Assembly (NCBI RefSeq): GCF_963921235.1
Contig: NC_086108.1
Location: forward strand, 51,586,001-51,650,000
Direction of reading: 5' to 3'
DNA: 64,000 nt
Origin: Mobula hypostoma
Lineage: Eukaryota
The position numbers and the translations under genes were made by a program. A model generated the notes under the pieces. That model saw only the letters and a list, made by a program, of their open reading frames with translations. It was not told the origin of the DNA and did no database searches. Below, piece after piece: positions 1-15,000 of the stretch (the first letter of the stretch is position 1; each line of letters opens with the position of its first letter).

Positions 1-3000
1 AAGGACTGAGGCACATGGGAACTCTACCACACAGAAGTTTTCCTCCAAGTCACATGGGAACTCTACCACACCCAGGTTTCCCTCCAAGAACGACAGGCAC
101 ATGGGAATTCTAACACACATAGGTTTCTCTCCCACTCACATGGGAACTCTACGACACACAGGTATCCCTCCGGGAGACGTGGGAACTCTACCACACACAG
201 GTTTCCCTCCGAGTCACATGGAACTCTACCACAAACAGGTTTCCCTCCGAGTCACGTGGCAACTCTACCACACACAGGTTTCCCTCCGAGTCACATGGGA
301 ACTCTACCACACACAGGTTTCCCTCCAAGGACTGCAGGCACATGGGAACTCTACCACACACAGGTTTCTCTCCTAGTCAGATGGGAACTCTACCACACAG
401 AGGTTTCCCTCCGAGTCACGTGGGATCTCTACCACACACAGGTTTCCCTCTGAGTCACATGGGAATTCTACTACACACAGTTTTCCCTCCGAGTCACATG
501 GGAACTCTACCACACACAGGTTTCCCTCCAAGGACTGCAGGCACATGGGAACTCTACCACACACAGGTTTCCCTCCGAGTCACATGGGAACTCTACCACA
601 CACAGGTTTCCCTCCGAGTCACGTGGGAACTCTACCACACACAGGTTTCCCTCCGAGTCACGTGGGAACTCTACCACACACAGGTTTCCCTCCGAGTCAC
701 GTGGGAACTCTACCACACACAGGTTTCCCTCCGAGTCACATGGGAACTCTACCACACACAGGTTTCCCTCCAAGGACTGCAGGCAAATGGGAACTCTACC
801 ACACACAGGTTTCCCTCCAAGGACTACAGGCACATGGGAATTCTAACACACATAGGTTTCTCTCCCACTCACATGGGAACTCTACCACACACAGGTTTCC
901 CTTCGAGTCACGTGGGAACTCTACCACACACAGGCTTCCCTCCAAGGACTGCAGGCACATGGGATCTCTACCACACACAGGTTCCCCTCCGAGTCACATG
1001 GGAACTCTACCACACCCAGGTTTCCCTCCAAGAACGACAGGCACATGGGAATTCTAACACACATAGGTTTCTCTCCCACTCACATGGGAACTCTACCACA
1101 CACAGGTTTCCCTCCGAGTCACATGGGAACTCTACCACACACAGGTTTCCCTTCGAGTCACGTTGGAACTCTACCACACACAGGTTTCCCTCCAAGGACT
1201 GCAGTCACATGGGAACTCTACCACACACAGGTTCCCCTCCGAGTCACATGGGAACTCTACCACACCCAGGTTTCCCTCCAAGAACGACAGGCACATGGGA
1301 ATTCTAACACACATAGGTTTCTCTCCCACTCACATGGGAACTCTACCACACACAGGTTTCCCTCCGAGTCACATGGGAACTCTACCACACACAGGTTTCC
1401 CTCCGAGTCACATGGGAACTCTACCACACACAGGTTTCCCTCCGAGTGACGTGGGAACTCTACCAAACACAGGTTTCCCTCCGAGTCACGTGGGAACTCT
1501 ACCACACACAGGTTTCCCTCCGAGTCACATGGGAACTCTACCACACACAGGTTTCCCTCCGAGTCACGTGGGAACTCTACCACACACAGGTTTCCCTCCG
1601 AGTCACGTGGGAACTCTACCACACACAGGTTTCCCTCCGAGTCACATGGGAACTCTACCACACACAGGTTTCCCTCCGAGTCACATGGGAACTCTACCAC
1701 ACACAGGTTTCCCTCCAAGGACTGCAGGCACATGGGAACTCTACCACACACAGGTTTCCCTCCGAGTCACATGGGAACTCTACCACACACAGGTTTCCCT
1801 CCGAGTCACATGGGAACTCTACCACACACAGGTTTCCCTCCGAGTCACGTGGGAACTCTACCACACACAGGTTTCCCTCCGAGTCACGTGGGAACTCTAC
1901 CACACACAGGTTTCCCTCCGAGTCACGTGGGAACTCTACCACACACAGGTTTCCCTCCAAGGACTGCAGGCACATGGCAACTCTACCACACCCAGGTTTC
2001 CCTCCAAGGACTGCAGGCATATGGGAAGTCTACCACCCACAGGTTTCCCTCCGAGTCACATGTGAACTCTACCACAAACAGGTTTCCCACGAAGGACTGA
2101 GGCACATGGGAACTCTACCACACAGAAGTTTTCCTCCAAGTCACATGGGAACTCTAAAACACCCAGGTTTCCCTCCAAGAACGACAGGCACATGGGAATT
2201 CTAACACACATAGGTTTCTCTCCCACTCACATGGGAACTCTACCACACACAGGTTTCCCTCCGAGTCACGTGGGAACTCTACCACACACAGGTTTCCCTC
2301 CGAGTCACATGGGAACTCTACCACACACAGGTTTCCCTCCGAGTCCACGTGGGAACTCTACCACACACAGGTTTCCCTCCGAGTCACGGGGGAACACTAC
2401 CACACACAGGTTTCCCTCCAAAGACTGCAGGCACATGGGAACTCTACCACACACAGGTTTCTCTCCTAGTCAGATGGGAACTCTACCACACAGAGGTTTC
2501 CCTCCGAGTCACGTGGGAACTCTACCACACACAGGTTTCCCTCCGAGTCACATGGGAACTCTACCACACACAGGTTTCCCTCCGAGTCACATGGGAACTC
2601 TACCACACACAGGTTTCCCTCCAAGGACTGCAGGCACATGGGAACTCTACCACACACAGGTTTCCCTCCGAGTCACATGGGAACTCTACCACACACAGGT
2701 TTCCCTCCGAGTCACATGGGAACTCTACCACACACAGGTTTCCCTCCGAGTCACGTGGGAACTCTACCACACACAGGTTTCCCTCCGAGTCACGTGGGAA
2801 CTCTACCACACACAGGTTTCCCTCCGAGTCACGTGGGAACTCTACCACACACAGGCTTCCCTCCAAGGACTGCAGGCACATGGCAACTCTACCACACCCA
2901 GGTTTCCCTCCAAGAACGACAGGCACATAGGAATTCTAACACACATAGGTTTCTCTCCCACTCACATGGGAACTCTACCACACACAGGTTTCCCTTCGAG

Positions 3001-6000
3001 TCACGTGGGAACTCTACCACACACAGGTTTCCCTCCAAGGACTGCAGGCACATGGGAACTCTACCACACACAGGTTTCCCTCCGAGTCACATGGGAACTC
3101 TACCACACCCAGGTTTCCCTCCAAGAACGACAGGCACATGGGAATTCTAACACACATAGGTTTCTCTCCCACTCACATGGGAACTCTACCACACACAGGT
3201 TTCCCTCCGAGTCACATGGGAACTCTACCACACACAGGTTTCCCTCCGAGTCACATGGGAACTCTACCACACACAGGTTTCCCTCCAAGGACTGCAGGCA
3301 CATGGGAACTCTACCACACACAGGTTTCCCTCCGAGTCACATGGGAACTCTACCACACACAGGTTTCCCTCCAAGGACTGCAGGCACATGGGAACTCTAC
3401 CACACACAGGTTTCCCTCCGAGTCACATGGGAACTCTACCACACACAGGTTTCCCTCCGAGTCACATGGGAACTCTACCACACACAGGTTTCCCTCCGAG
3501 TCACATGGGAACTCTACCACACACAGGTTTCCCTCCGAGTCACGTGGGAACTCTACCAAACACAGGTTTCCCTCCGAGTCACGTGGGAACTCTACCACAC
3601 ACAGGTTTCCCTCCGAGTCACATGGGAACTCTACCACACACAGGTTTCCCTCCGAGTCACGTGGGAACTCTACCACACACAGGTTTCCCTCCGAGTCACG
3701 TGGGAACTCTACCAAACACAGGTTTCCCTCCGAGTCACATGGGAACTCTACCACACACAGGTTTCCCTCCGAGTCACATGTGAACTCTACCACAAACAGG
3801 TTTCCCACGAAGGACTGAGGCACATGGGAACTCTACCACACAGAAGTTTTCCTCCAAGTCACATGGGAACACTACCACACACAGGTTTTCCTCCGAGTCA
3901 CATGGGAACTCGACCGCACACAGGTTTCCCTCCGAGTGACATGGGAACTCTACCACACACAGGTTTCCCTCCGAGTCACGTCGGAACTCTACCACACACA
4001 GGTTTCCCTCCGAGTCACATGTGAACTCTACCACAAACAGGTTTCCCACGAAGGACTGAGGCACATGGGAACTCTGCCACACAGAAGTTTTCCTCCAAGT
4101 CACATGGGAACACTACCACACACAGGTTTTCCTCCGAGTCACATGGGAACTTGACCGCACACAGGTTTCCCTCCGAGTGACGTGGGAACTCTACCACACA
4201 CAGGTTTCCCTCCGAGTCACATGGGAACTCTACCACACACAGGTTTCCCTCCAAGGACTGCAGGCACATGGGAACTCTACCACACACAGTTTTCCCTCCA
4301 AGGACTGCAGGCACATGGCAACTCTACCACACCCAGGTTTCCCTCCAAGGACTGCAGGCATATGGGAAGTCTACCACCCACAGGTTTCCCTACGAGTCAC
4401 GTGGGAACTCTACCAAACACATGTTTCCTTCCGAGTCACATGGGAACTCTACTACACACAGCTTTCCCTTCCGAGTCACGTGGGAACTCTACCACACACA
4501 GGTTTCCCTCCGAGTCACATGGGAACTCTACCACACACAGGTTTCCCTCCGAGTCACATGGGAACTCTACCACACACAGGTTTCCCTCCGAGTCACGTGG
4601 GAACTCTACCACACACAGGTTTCTCTCCAAGGACTGCAGGCATATGGCAACTCTACCACACACAGGTTTCCCTCCAAGGACTGCAGGCATATGGGAATTC
4701 TACCACACATAGGTTTCTCTCCCACTCACATGGGAAGTCTACCACACACAGGTTTCCCTCCGAGTCACGTGGGAACTCTACCACACACAGGTTTCCCTCC
4801 GAGTCACATGGGAACTCTACCACACACAGGTTTCCCTCCGAGTCACATGGGAACTCTACCACACACAGGTTTCCCTCCGAGTCACATGGGAACTCTACCA
4901 CACACAGGTTTCCCTCCGAGTCACATGGGAACTCTACCACACACAGGTTTCCCTCCGAGTCACGTGGGAACTCTACCACACACAGGTTTCCCTCCGAGTT
5001 ACGGGGGAACACTACGACACACAGGTTTCCCTCCGAGTCACATGGGAACTCTACCACACACAGGTTTCCCTCCGAGTCACATGGGAACTCTACCACACAC
5101 AGGTTTCCCTCCGAGTCACATGGGAACTCTACCACACACAGGTTTCCCTCCAAGGACTGCAGGCACATGGGAACTCTACCACACACAGGTTTTCCTCCGA
5201 GTCACATGGGAACTCTACCACACACAGGTTTCCCTCCGAGTCACGTGGGAACTCTACCACACACAGGTTTCCCTCCGAGTCACATGGGAACTCTACCACA
5301 CACAGGTTTCCCTCCGAGTCACGTGGGAACTCTACCACACACAGGTTTCCCTCCGAGTTACGGGGGAACACTACGACACACAGGTTTCCCTCCGAGGCAC
5401 ATGGGATCTCTACCACACACAGGTTTCCCTCCGTGTCATGTGGGAACTCTACCACACACAGGTTTCCCTCCGAGTCACGTGGGGACTCTACCACACACAG
5501 GTATCCCTCCAGGTGACATGGTAACTCTACTAAACACAGGTTTCCCTCCGAGTCACATGGGAACTCTACCAGACACAGTTTTCCCTCCGAGTCAAGTGGG
5601 AACTCTACCAAACACAGGTTTCCCTCCGAGTCACGTGGGAACTCTACCAAACACAGGTTTCCGTCCGAGTCACATGGGAACTCTACCACACACAGGTTTC
5701 CCTCCGAGTCACGTGGGAACTCTACCACACACAGGTTTCCCTCCGAGTTACGGGGGAACACTACGACACACAGGTTTCCCTCCGAGTCACATGGGAACTC
5801 TACCACACACAGGTTTCCCTCCAAGGACTGCAGGCACATGGGAACTCTACTACACACAGGTTTTCCTCCGAGTCACATGGGAACTCTACCACACACAGGT
5901 TTCCCTCCGAGTCACATGGGAACTCTACCACACACAGGTTTCCCTCCGAGTCACGTGGGAACTCTACCACACACAGGTTTCCCTCCGAGTCACATGGGAA

Positions 6001-9000
6001 CTCTACCACACACAGGTTTCCCTCCGAGTCACATGGGAACTCTACCACACACAGGTTTCCCTCCAAGATCTGCAGTCACATGGGAACTCTACCACTCACA
6101 GGTTTCCCTCCGAGTCACATGGGAACTCTATCAAACACAGGTTTCCCTCCGAGTCACGTGGGAACTCTACTACACACAGGTTTCCCTCCGAGTCACATGG
6201 GAACTCTACCACACACAGGTTTCCCTCCGAGTCACATGGGAACTCTACCACACACAGGTTTCCCTCCGAGTCACGTGGGAACTCTACCACACTCAGATTT
6301 CCCTCCGAGTCACATGGGAACTGTATCAGACACAGGTTTTCCTCCGAGTCACATGGGAACTCTACCTCACACAGGTTTCCCTAAAAGATCTGCAGTCACA
6401 TGGGAACTCTACCACTCACAGGTTTCCCTCCGAGTCACATGGGAACTCTACCACTCACAGGTTTCCCTCCGAGTCACATGGGAACTCTATCAAACACAGG
6501 TTTTCCTCCGACTCACGTGGCAACTCTACTACACACAGGTTTCCCTCCGAGTCACGTGGGAACTCTACCACACACAGGTTTCCCTCCGAGTCACATGGGA
6601 ACTCTACCACACACAGGTTTCCCTCCGAGTCACATGGAAACTCTACCACACACAGGTTTCCCTCCGAGTCACATGTGAACTCTACCACAAACAGGTTTCC
6701 CACGAAGGACTGAGGCACATGGGAACTCTACCACACACAAGTTTTCCTCCAAGTCACATGGGAACAATACCACACACAGGTTATCCTCCGAGTCACATGG
6801 GAACTCGACCGCACACAGGTTTCCCTCCGAGGGACGTGGGAACTCTACCACACACAGGTTTCCCTCCGAGTCACGTGGGAACTCTACCACACACAGGTTT
6901 CCCTCCGAGTCACATGGGAACTCTACCACACACAGGTTTCCCTCCAAGGACTGCAGGCATATGGGAATTCTACCACACATAGGTTTCTCTCCCACTCACA
7001 TGGGAAGTCTACCACACAAAGGTTTCCCTACGAGTCACGTGGGAAATCTACCACACACAGGTTTCCGTCCGAGTCACATGGCAACTCTACCACACACAGT
7101 TTTCCCTCCGAGTCACGTGGGAACTCTACCACACACAGGTTTCCCTCCGAGTCACGTGGGAACTCTACCACACACAGGTTTCCCTCCAAGGACTGCAGGC
7201 ACATGGGAACTCTACCACACACAGGTTTCCCTCCGAGTCACATGGGAACTCTACCACACACAGGTTTCCCTCCGAGTCACGTGGGAACTCTACCACACAC
7301 AGGTTTCCCTCCGAGTCACTGGGAACTCTACCACACACAGGTTTCCCTCCGAGGCACATGGGATCTACCACACACAGGTTTCCCTCCGGTCATGTGGGAA
7401 CTCTACCACACACAGGTTTCCCTCCGAGTCACGTGGGAACTCTACCACACACAGGTTTCCCTCCGAGTCACATGGGAACTCTACCACACACAGGTTTCCC
7501 TCCAAGGACTGCAGGCACATGGGAACTCTACCACACACAGGTTTCCCTCCGAGTCACATGGGAACTCTACCACACACAGGTTTCCCTCCGAGTCACGTGG
7601 GAACTCTACCACACACAGGTTTCCCTCCGAGTCACATGGGAACTCTACCACACACAGGTTTCCCTCCGAGTCACGTGGGAACTCTACCACACACAGGTTT
7701 CCCTCCGAGTCACTGGGAACTCTACCACACACAGGTTTCCCTCCGAGTCACATGGGAACTCTACCACACACAGGTTTCCCTCCGAGTCAGTGGGAACTCT
7801 ACCACACACAGGTTTCCCTCCGAGTCACGTGGGAACTCTACCACACACAGGTTTCCCTCCAGAGTCACATGGGAACTCTACCACACACAGGTTTCCCTCC
7901 GAGTCACATGGGAACTCTACCACACACAGGTTTCCCTCCGAGTCAAGTGGGAACTCTACCACACACAGGTTTCCCTCCGAGTCACGTGGGAACTCTACCA
8001 ACACACAGGTTTCCCTCCGAGTCACATGGGAACTCTACCACACACAGGTTTCCCTCCGAGTCACGTGGGAACTCTACCACACACAGGTTTCCCTCCGAGT
8101 CACGTGGGAACTCTACCACACACAGGTTTCCCTCCGAGTCACATGGGAACTCTACCACACACAGGTTTCCCTCCAAGGACTGCAGGCACATGGGAACTCT
8201 ACCACACACAGGTTTTCCTCCGAGTCACATGGGAACTCTACCACACACAGGTTTCCCTCCGAGTCACATGGGAACTCTACCACACACAGGTTTCCCTCCG
8301 AGTCACGTGGGAACTCTACCACACACAGGTTTCCCTCCGAGTCACATGGGAACTCTACCACACACAGGTTTCCCTCCGAGTCACGTGGGAACTCTACCAC
8401 ACACAGGTTTCCCTCCGAGGCACATGGGAACTCTACCACACACAGGTTTCCCTCCAAGGACTGCAGGCACATGGGAACTCTACCACACACAGGTTTCCCT
8501 CCGAGTCACATGGGAACTCTACCACACACAGGTTTCCCTCCGAGTCACGTGGGGACTCTACCACACACAGGTATCCCTCCAGGTGACATGGTAACTCTAC
8601 TACACACAGGTTTCCCTCCGAGTCACATGGGAACTCTACCACACACAGGTTTCCCTCCGAGTCACATGGGAACTCTACCACACACAGGTTTCCCTCCGAG
8701 TCACATGGGAACTCTACCACACACAGGTTTCCCTCCAAGGACTGCAGGCACATGGGAACTCTACCACACACAGGTTTCCCTCCGAGTCACATGGGAACTC
8801 TACCACACACAGGTTTCCCTCCGAGTCACGTGGGAACTCTACCACACACAGGTTTCCCTCCGAGTCACATGGGAACTCTACCACACACAGGTTTCCCTCC
8901 GAGTCACGTGGGAACTCTACCACACACAGGTTTCCCTCCGAGTCACATGGGAACTCTACCACACACAGGTTTCCCTCCGAGTCACATGGGAACTCTACCA

Positions 9001-12000
9001 CACACAGGTTTCCCTCCGAGTCAGTGGGAACTCTACCACACACAGGTTTCCCTCCGAGTCACGTGGGACTCTACCACACACAGGTTTCCCTCCGAGTCAC
9101 ATGGGAACTCTACCACACACAGGTTTCCCTCCGAGTCACATGGGAACTCTACCACACACAGGTTTCCCTCCGAGTCAAGTGGGAACTCTACCACACACAG
9201 GTTTCCCTCCGAGTCACGTGGGAACTCTACCACACACAGGTTTCCCTCCGAGTCACATGGGAACTCTACCACACACAGGTTTCCCTCCGAGTCACGTGGG
9301 AACTCTACCACACACAGGTTTCCCTCCGAGTCACGTGGGAACTCTACCACACACAGGTTTCCCTCCGAGTCACATGGGAACTCTACCACACACAGGTTTC
9401 CCTCCAAGGACTGCAGGCACATGGGAACTCTACCACACACAGGTTTCCCTCCGAGTCACATGGGAACTCTACCACACACAGGTTTCCCTCCGAGTCACAT
9501 GGGAACTCTACCACACACAGGTTTCCCTCCGAGTCACGTGGGAACTCTACCACACACAGGTTTCCCTCCGAGTCACATGGGAACTCTACCACACACAGGT
9601 TTCCCTCCGAGTCACATGGGAACTCTACCACACACAGGTTTCCCTCCAAGACTGCAGTCACATGGGAACTCTACCACCACAGGTTTCCCTCCGAGTCACA
9701 TGGGAACTCTACCACACACAGGTTTTCCTCCGACTCACGTGGGAACTCTACCACACACAGGTTTCCCTCCGAGTCACGTGGGAACTCTACCACACACAGG
9801 TTTCCCTCCGAGTCACGTGGGAACTCTACCACACACAGGTTTCCCTCCGAGTCACATGGGAACTCTACCACACACAGGTTTCCCTCCGAGTCACATGGGA
9901 ACTCTACCACACACAGGTTTCCCTCCGAGTAACGGCAGGCACATGGGAACTCTACCACACACAGGTTTCCCTCCGAGTCACATGGGAACTCTACCACACA
10001 CAGGTTTCCCTCCGAGTCACATGGGAACTCTACCACACACAGGTTTCCCTCCGAGTCACATGGGAACTCTACCACACACAGGTTTCCCTCCGAGTCACGT
10101 GGGAACTCTACCACACACAGGTTTCCCTCCGAGTCACATGGGAACTCTACCACACACAGGTTTCCCTCCAAGGACTGCAGGCACATGGGAATTCTACCAC
10201 ACATAGGTTTCTCTCCCACTCACATGGGAACTCTACCACACACAGGTTTCCCTCCGAGTCACGTGGGAACTCTACCACACACAGGTTTCCCTCCGAGTCA
10301 CGTGGGAACTCTACCAAACACAGGTTTCCCTCCGAGTCACATGGGAACTCTACCACACACAGGTTTCCCTCCGAGTCACGTGGGAACTCTACCACACACA
10401 GGTTTCCCTCCAAGGACTGCAGGCACATGGGAACTCTACCACACACAGGTTTTCCTCCGAGTCACATGGGAACTCTACCACACACAGGTTTCCCTCCGAG
10501 TCACATGGGAACTCTACCACACACAGGTTTCCCTCCGAGTCACGTGGGAACTCTACCACACACAGGTTTCCCTCCGAGTCACATGGGAACTCTACCACAC
10601 ACAGGTTTCCCTCCGAGTCACATGGGAACTCTACCACACACAGGTTTCCCTCCGAGTCACGTGGGAACTCTACCTCACACAGGTTTCCCTTCGAGTCACA
10701 TGGGAACTCTACCACACACTGGTTTCCCTCCAAGGACTGCAGGCACATGGGAACTCTACCACACACAGGTTTCCCTCCGAGTCACATGGGAACTCTACCA
10801 CACACAGGTTTCCCTCCGAGTCACGTGGGAACTCTACCACACACAGGTTTCCCTCCGAGTCACATGGGAACTCTACCACACACAGGTTTCCCTCCGAGTC
10901 ACGTGGGAACTCTACCACACACAGGTTTCCCTCCGAGTCACGTGGGAACTCTACCAAACACAGGTTTCCCTCCGAGTCACATGGGAACTCTACCACACAC
11001 AGGTTTCCCTCCGAGTCACGTGGGAACTCTACCACACACAGGTTTCCCTCCGAGTCACATGGGAACTCAACCACACACAGGTTTCCCTCCGAGTCACGTG
11101 GGAACTCTACCACACACAGGTTTCCCTCCGAGTCACATGGGAACTCTACCACACACAGGTTTCCCTCCGAGTCACATGGGAACTCTACCACACACAGGTT
11201 TCCCTCCGAGGCACATGGGAACTCTACCACACACAGGTTTCCCTCCAAGGACTGCAGGCACATGGGAACTCTACCACACACAGGTTTCCCTCCCAGTCAC
11301 ATGGGAACTCTACCACACACAGGTTTCCCTCCGAGTCACGTGGGAACTCTACCACACACAGGTTTCCCTCCGAGTCACATGGGAACTCTACCACACACAG
11401 GTTTCCCTCCGAGTCACGTGGGAACTCTACCACACACAGGTTTCCCTCCGAGTCACGTGGGAACTCTACCACACACAGGTTTCCCTCCGAGTCACATGGG
11501 AACTCTACCACACACAGGTTTCCCTCCGAGTCACATGGGAACTCTACCACACACAGGTTTCCCTCCGAGTCACATGGGAACTCTACCACACACAGGTTTC
11601 CCTCCAAGGACTGCAGGCACATGGGAACTCTACCACACACAGGTTTCCCTCCGAGTCACATGGGAACTCTACCACACACAGGTTTCCCTCCGAGTCACAT
11701 GGGAACTCTACCACACACAGGTTTCCCTCCGAGTCACATGGGAACTCTACCACACACAGGTTTCCCTCCGAGTCACGTGGGAACTCTACCACACACAGGT
11801 TTCCCTCCGAGTCACATGGGAACTCTACCACACACAGGTTTCCCTCCAAGGACTGCAGGCACATGGGAATTCTACCACACACAGGTTTCTCTCCCACTCA
11901 CATGGGAACTCTACCACACACAGGTTTCCCTCCGAGTCACGTGGGAACTCTACCACACACAGGTTTCCCTCCGAGTCACATGGGAACTCTACCACACACA

Positions 12001-15000
12001 GGTTTCCCTCCGAGTCACGTGGGAACTCTACCACACACAGGTTTCCCTCCGAGTCACGTGGGAACTCTACCACACACAGGTTTCCCTCCGAGTCACATGG
12101 GAACTCTACCACACACAGGTTTCCCTCCGAGTCACATGGGAACTCTACCACACACAGGTTTCCCTCCGAGTCACATGGGAACTCTACCACACACAGGTTT
12201 CCCTCCGAGTCACATGGGAACTCTACCACACACAGGTTTCCCTCCGAGTCACATGGGAACTCTACCACACACAGGTTTCCCTCCGAGTCAGTGGGAACTC
12301 TACCACACACAGGTTTCCCTCCGAGTCACATGGGAACTCTACCACACACAGGTTTCCCTCCGAGTCACATGGGAACTCTACCACACACAGGTTTCCCTCC
12401 AAGGACTGCAGGCACATGGGAACTCTACCACACACAGGTTTCTCTCCCAGTCACATGGGAACTCTACCACACACAGGTTTCCCTCCGAGTCACGTGGGAA
12501 CTCTACCACACACAGGTTTCCCTCCGAGTCACATGGGAACTCTACCACACACAGGTTTCCCTCCGAGTCACGTGGGAACTCTACCACACACAGGTTTCCC
12601 TCCGAGTACGGGAACCTACACACACAGGTTTCCCTCCGAGTCACATGGGAACTCTACCACACACAGGTTTCCCTCCGAGTCATGTGGGAACTCTACCACA
12701 CACAGGTTTCCCTCCGAGTCACGTGGGAACTCTACCACACACAGGTTTCCCTCCGAGTCACATGGGAACTCTACCACACACAGGTTTCCCTCCGAGTCAC
12801 ATGGGAACTCTACCACACACAGGTTTCCCTCCGAGTCACATGGGAACTCTACCACACACAGGTTTCCCTCCGAGTCACGTGGGAACTCTACCACACACAG
12901 GTTTCCCTCCGAGTCACATGGGAACTCTACCACACACAGGTTTCCCTCCGAGTCACGTGGGAACTCTACCACACACAGGTTTCCCTCCGAGTCACGTGGG
13001 AACTCTACCACACACAGGTTTCCCTCCGAGTCACATGGGAACTCTACCACACACAGGTTTCCCCAAGGACTGCAGGCACATGGGAACTCTACCACACACA
13101 GGTTTCCCTCCGAGTCACATGGGAACTCTACCACACACAGGTTTCCCTCCGAGTCACATGGGAACTCTACCACACACAGGTTTCCCTCCGAGTCACGTGG
13201 GAACTCTACCAAACACAGGTTTCCCTCCGAGTCACATGGGAACTCTACCACACACAGGTTTCCCTCCGAGTCACGTGGGAACTCTACCACACACAGGTTT
13301 CCCTCCAAGGACTGCAGGCACATGGGAACTCTACCACACACAGGTTTCCCTCCAAGGACTGCAGGCACATGGGAACTCTACCACACACAGGTTTCCCTCC
13401 GAGTCAGTGGGAACTCTACCACACACAGGTTTCCCTCCGAGTCACGTGGGAACTCTACCACACACAGGTTTCCCTCCGAGTCACATGGGAACTCTACCAC
13501 ACACAGGTTTCCCTCCGAGTCACATGGGAACTCTACCACACACAGGTTTCCCTCCGAGTCACATGGGAACTCTACCACACACAGGTTTCCCTCCGAGTCA
13601 CATGGGAACTCTACCACACACAGGTTTCCCTCCAAGGACTGCAGGCACATGGGAACTCTACCACACACAGGTTTCTCTCCGAGTCACATGGGAACTCTAC
13701 CACACACAGGTTTCCCTCCGAGTCACGTGGGAACTCTACCACACACAGGTTTCCCTCCGAGTCACATGGGAACTCTACCACACACAGGTTTCCCTCCGAG
13801 TCACGTGGGAACTCTACCACACACAGGTTTCCCTCCGAGTCACATGGGAACTCTACCACACACAGGTTTCCCTCCGAGTCACATGGGAACTCTACCACAC
13901 ACAGGTTTCCCTTCGAGTCACATGGGAACTCTACCACACACAGGTTTCCCTCCGAGTCACGTGGGAACTCTACCACACACAGGTTTCCCTCCGGTCACAT
14001 GGGAACTCTACAACACAGGTTTCCCTCCGAGTCACATGGGAACTCTACCACACACAGGTTTCCCTCCGAGTCACATGGGAACTCTACCACACACAGGTTT
14101 CCCTCCAAGTCACGTGGGAACTCTACCAAACACAGGTTTCCTTCCGAGTCACATGGGAACTCTACCACACACAGGTTTCCCTCCGAGTCACGTGGGAACT
14201 CTACCACACACATGTCTCCCTCCGAGTCACGTGGGAACTCTACCACACACAGGTTTCCCTCCGAGTCACATGGGAACTCTACCACACACAGGTTTCCCTC
14301 CAAGGACTGCAGGCACATGGGAACTCTACCACACACAGGTTTTCCTCCGAGTCACATGGGAACTCTACCACACACAGGTTTCCCTCCGAGTCACATGGGA
14401 ACTCTACCACACACAGGTTTCCCTCCGAGTCACGTGGGAACTCTACCACACACAGGTTTCCCTCCGAGTCACATGGGAACTCTACCACACACAGGTTTCC
14501 CTCCGAGTCACATGGGAACTCTACCACACACAGGTTTCCCTCCAAGGACTGCAGACACATGGGAACTCTACCACACACAGGTTTCCCTCCGAGTCACATG
14601 GGAACTCTACCACACACAGGTTTCCCTCCGAGTCACATGGGAACTCTACCACACACAGGTTTCCCTCCGAGTCACGTGGGAACTCTACCACACACAGGTT
14701 TCCCTCCGAGTCACGTGGGAACTCTACCACACACAGGTTTCCCTCCGAGTCACATGGGAACTCTACCACACACAGGTTTCCCTCCGAGTCACATGGGAAC
14801 TCTACCACACACAGGTTTCCCTCCGGCAGGCACATGGGAACTCTACCACACACAGGTTTCCCTCCGAGTCACATGGGAACTCTACCACACACAGGTTTCC
14901 CTCCGAGTCACATGGGAACTCTACCACACACAGGTTTCCCTCCGAGTCACATGGGAACTCTACCACACACAGGTTTCCCTCCGAGTCACGTGGGAACTCT

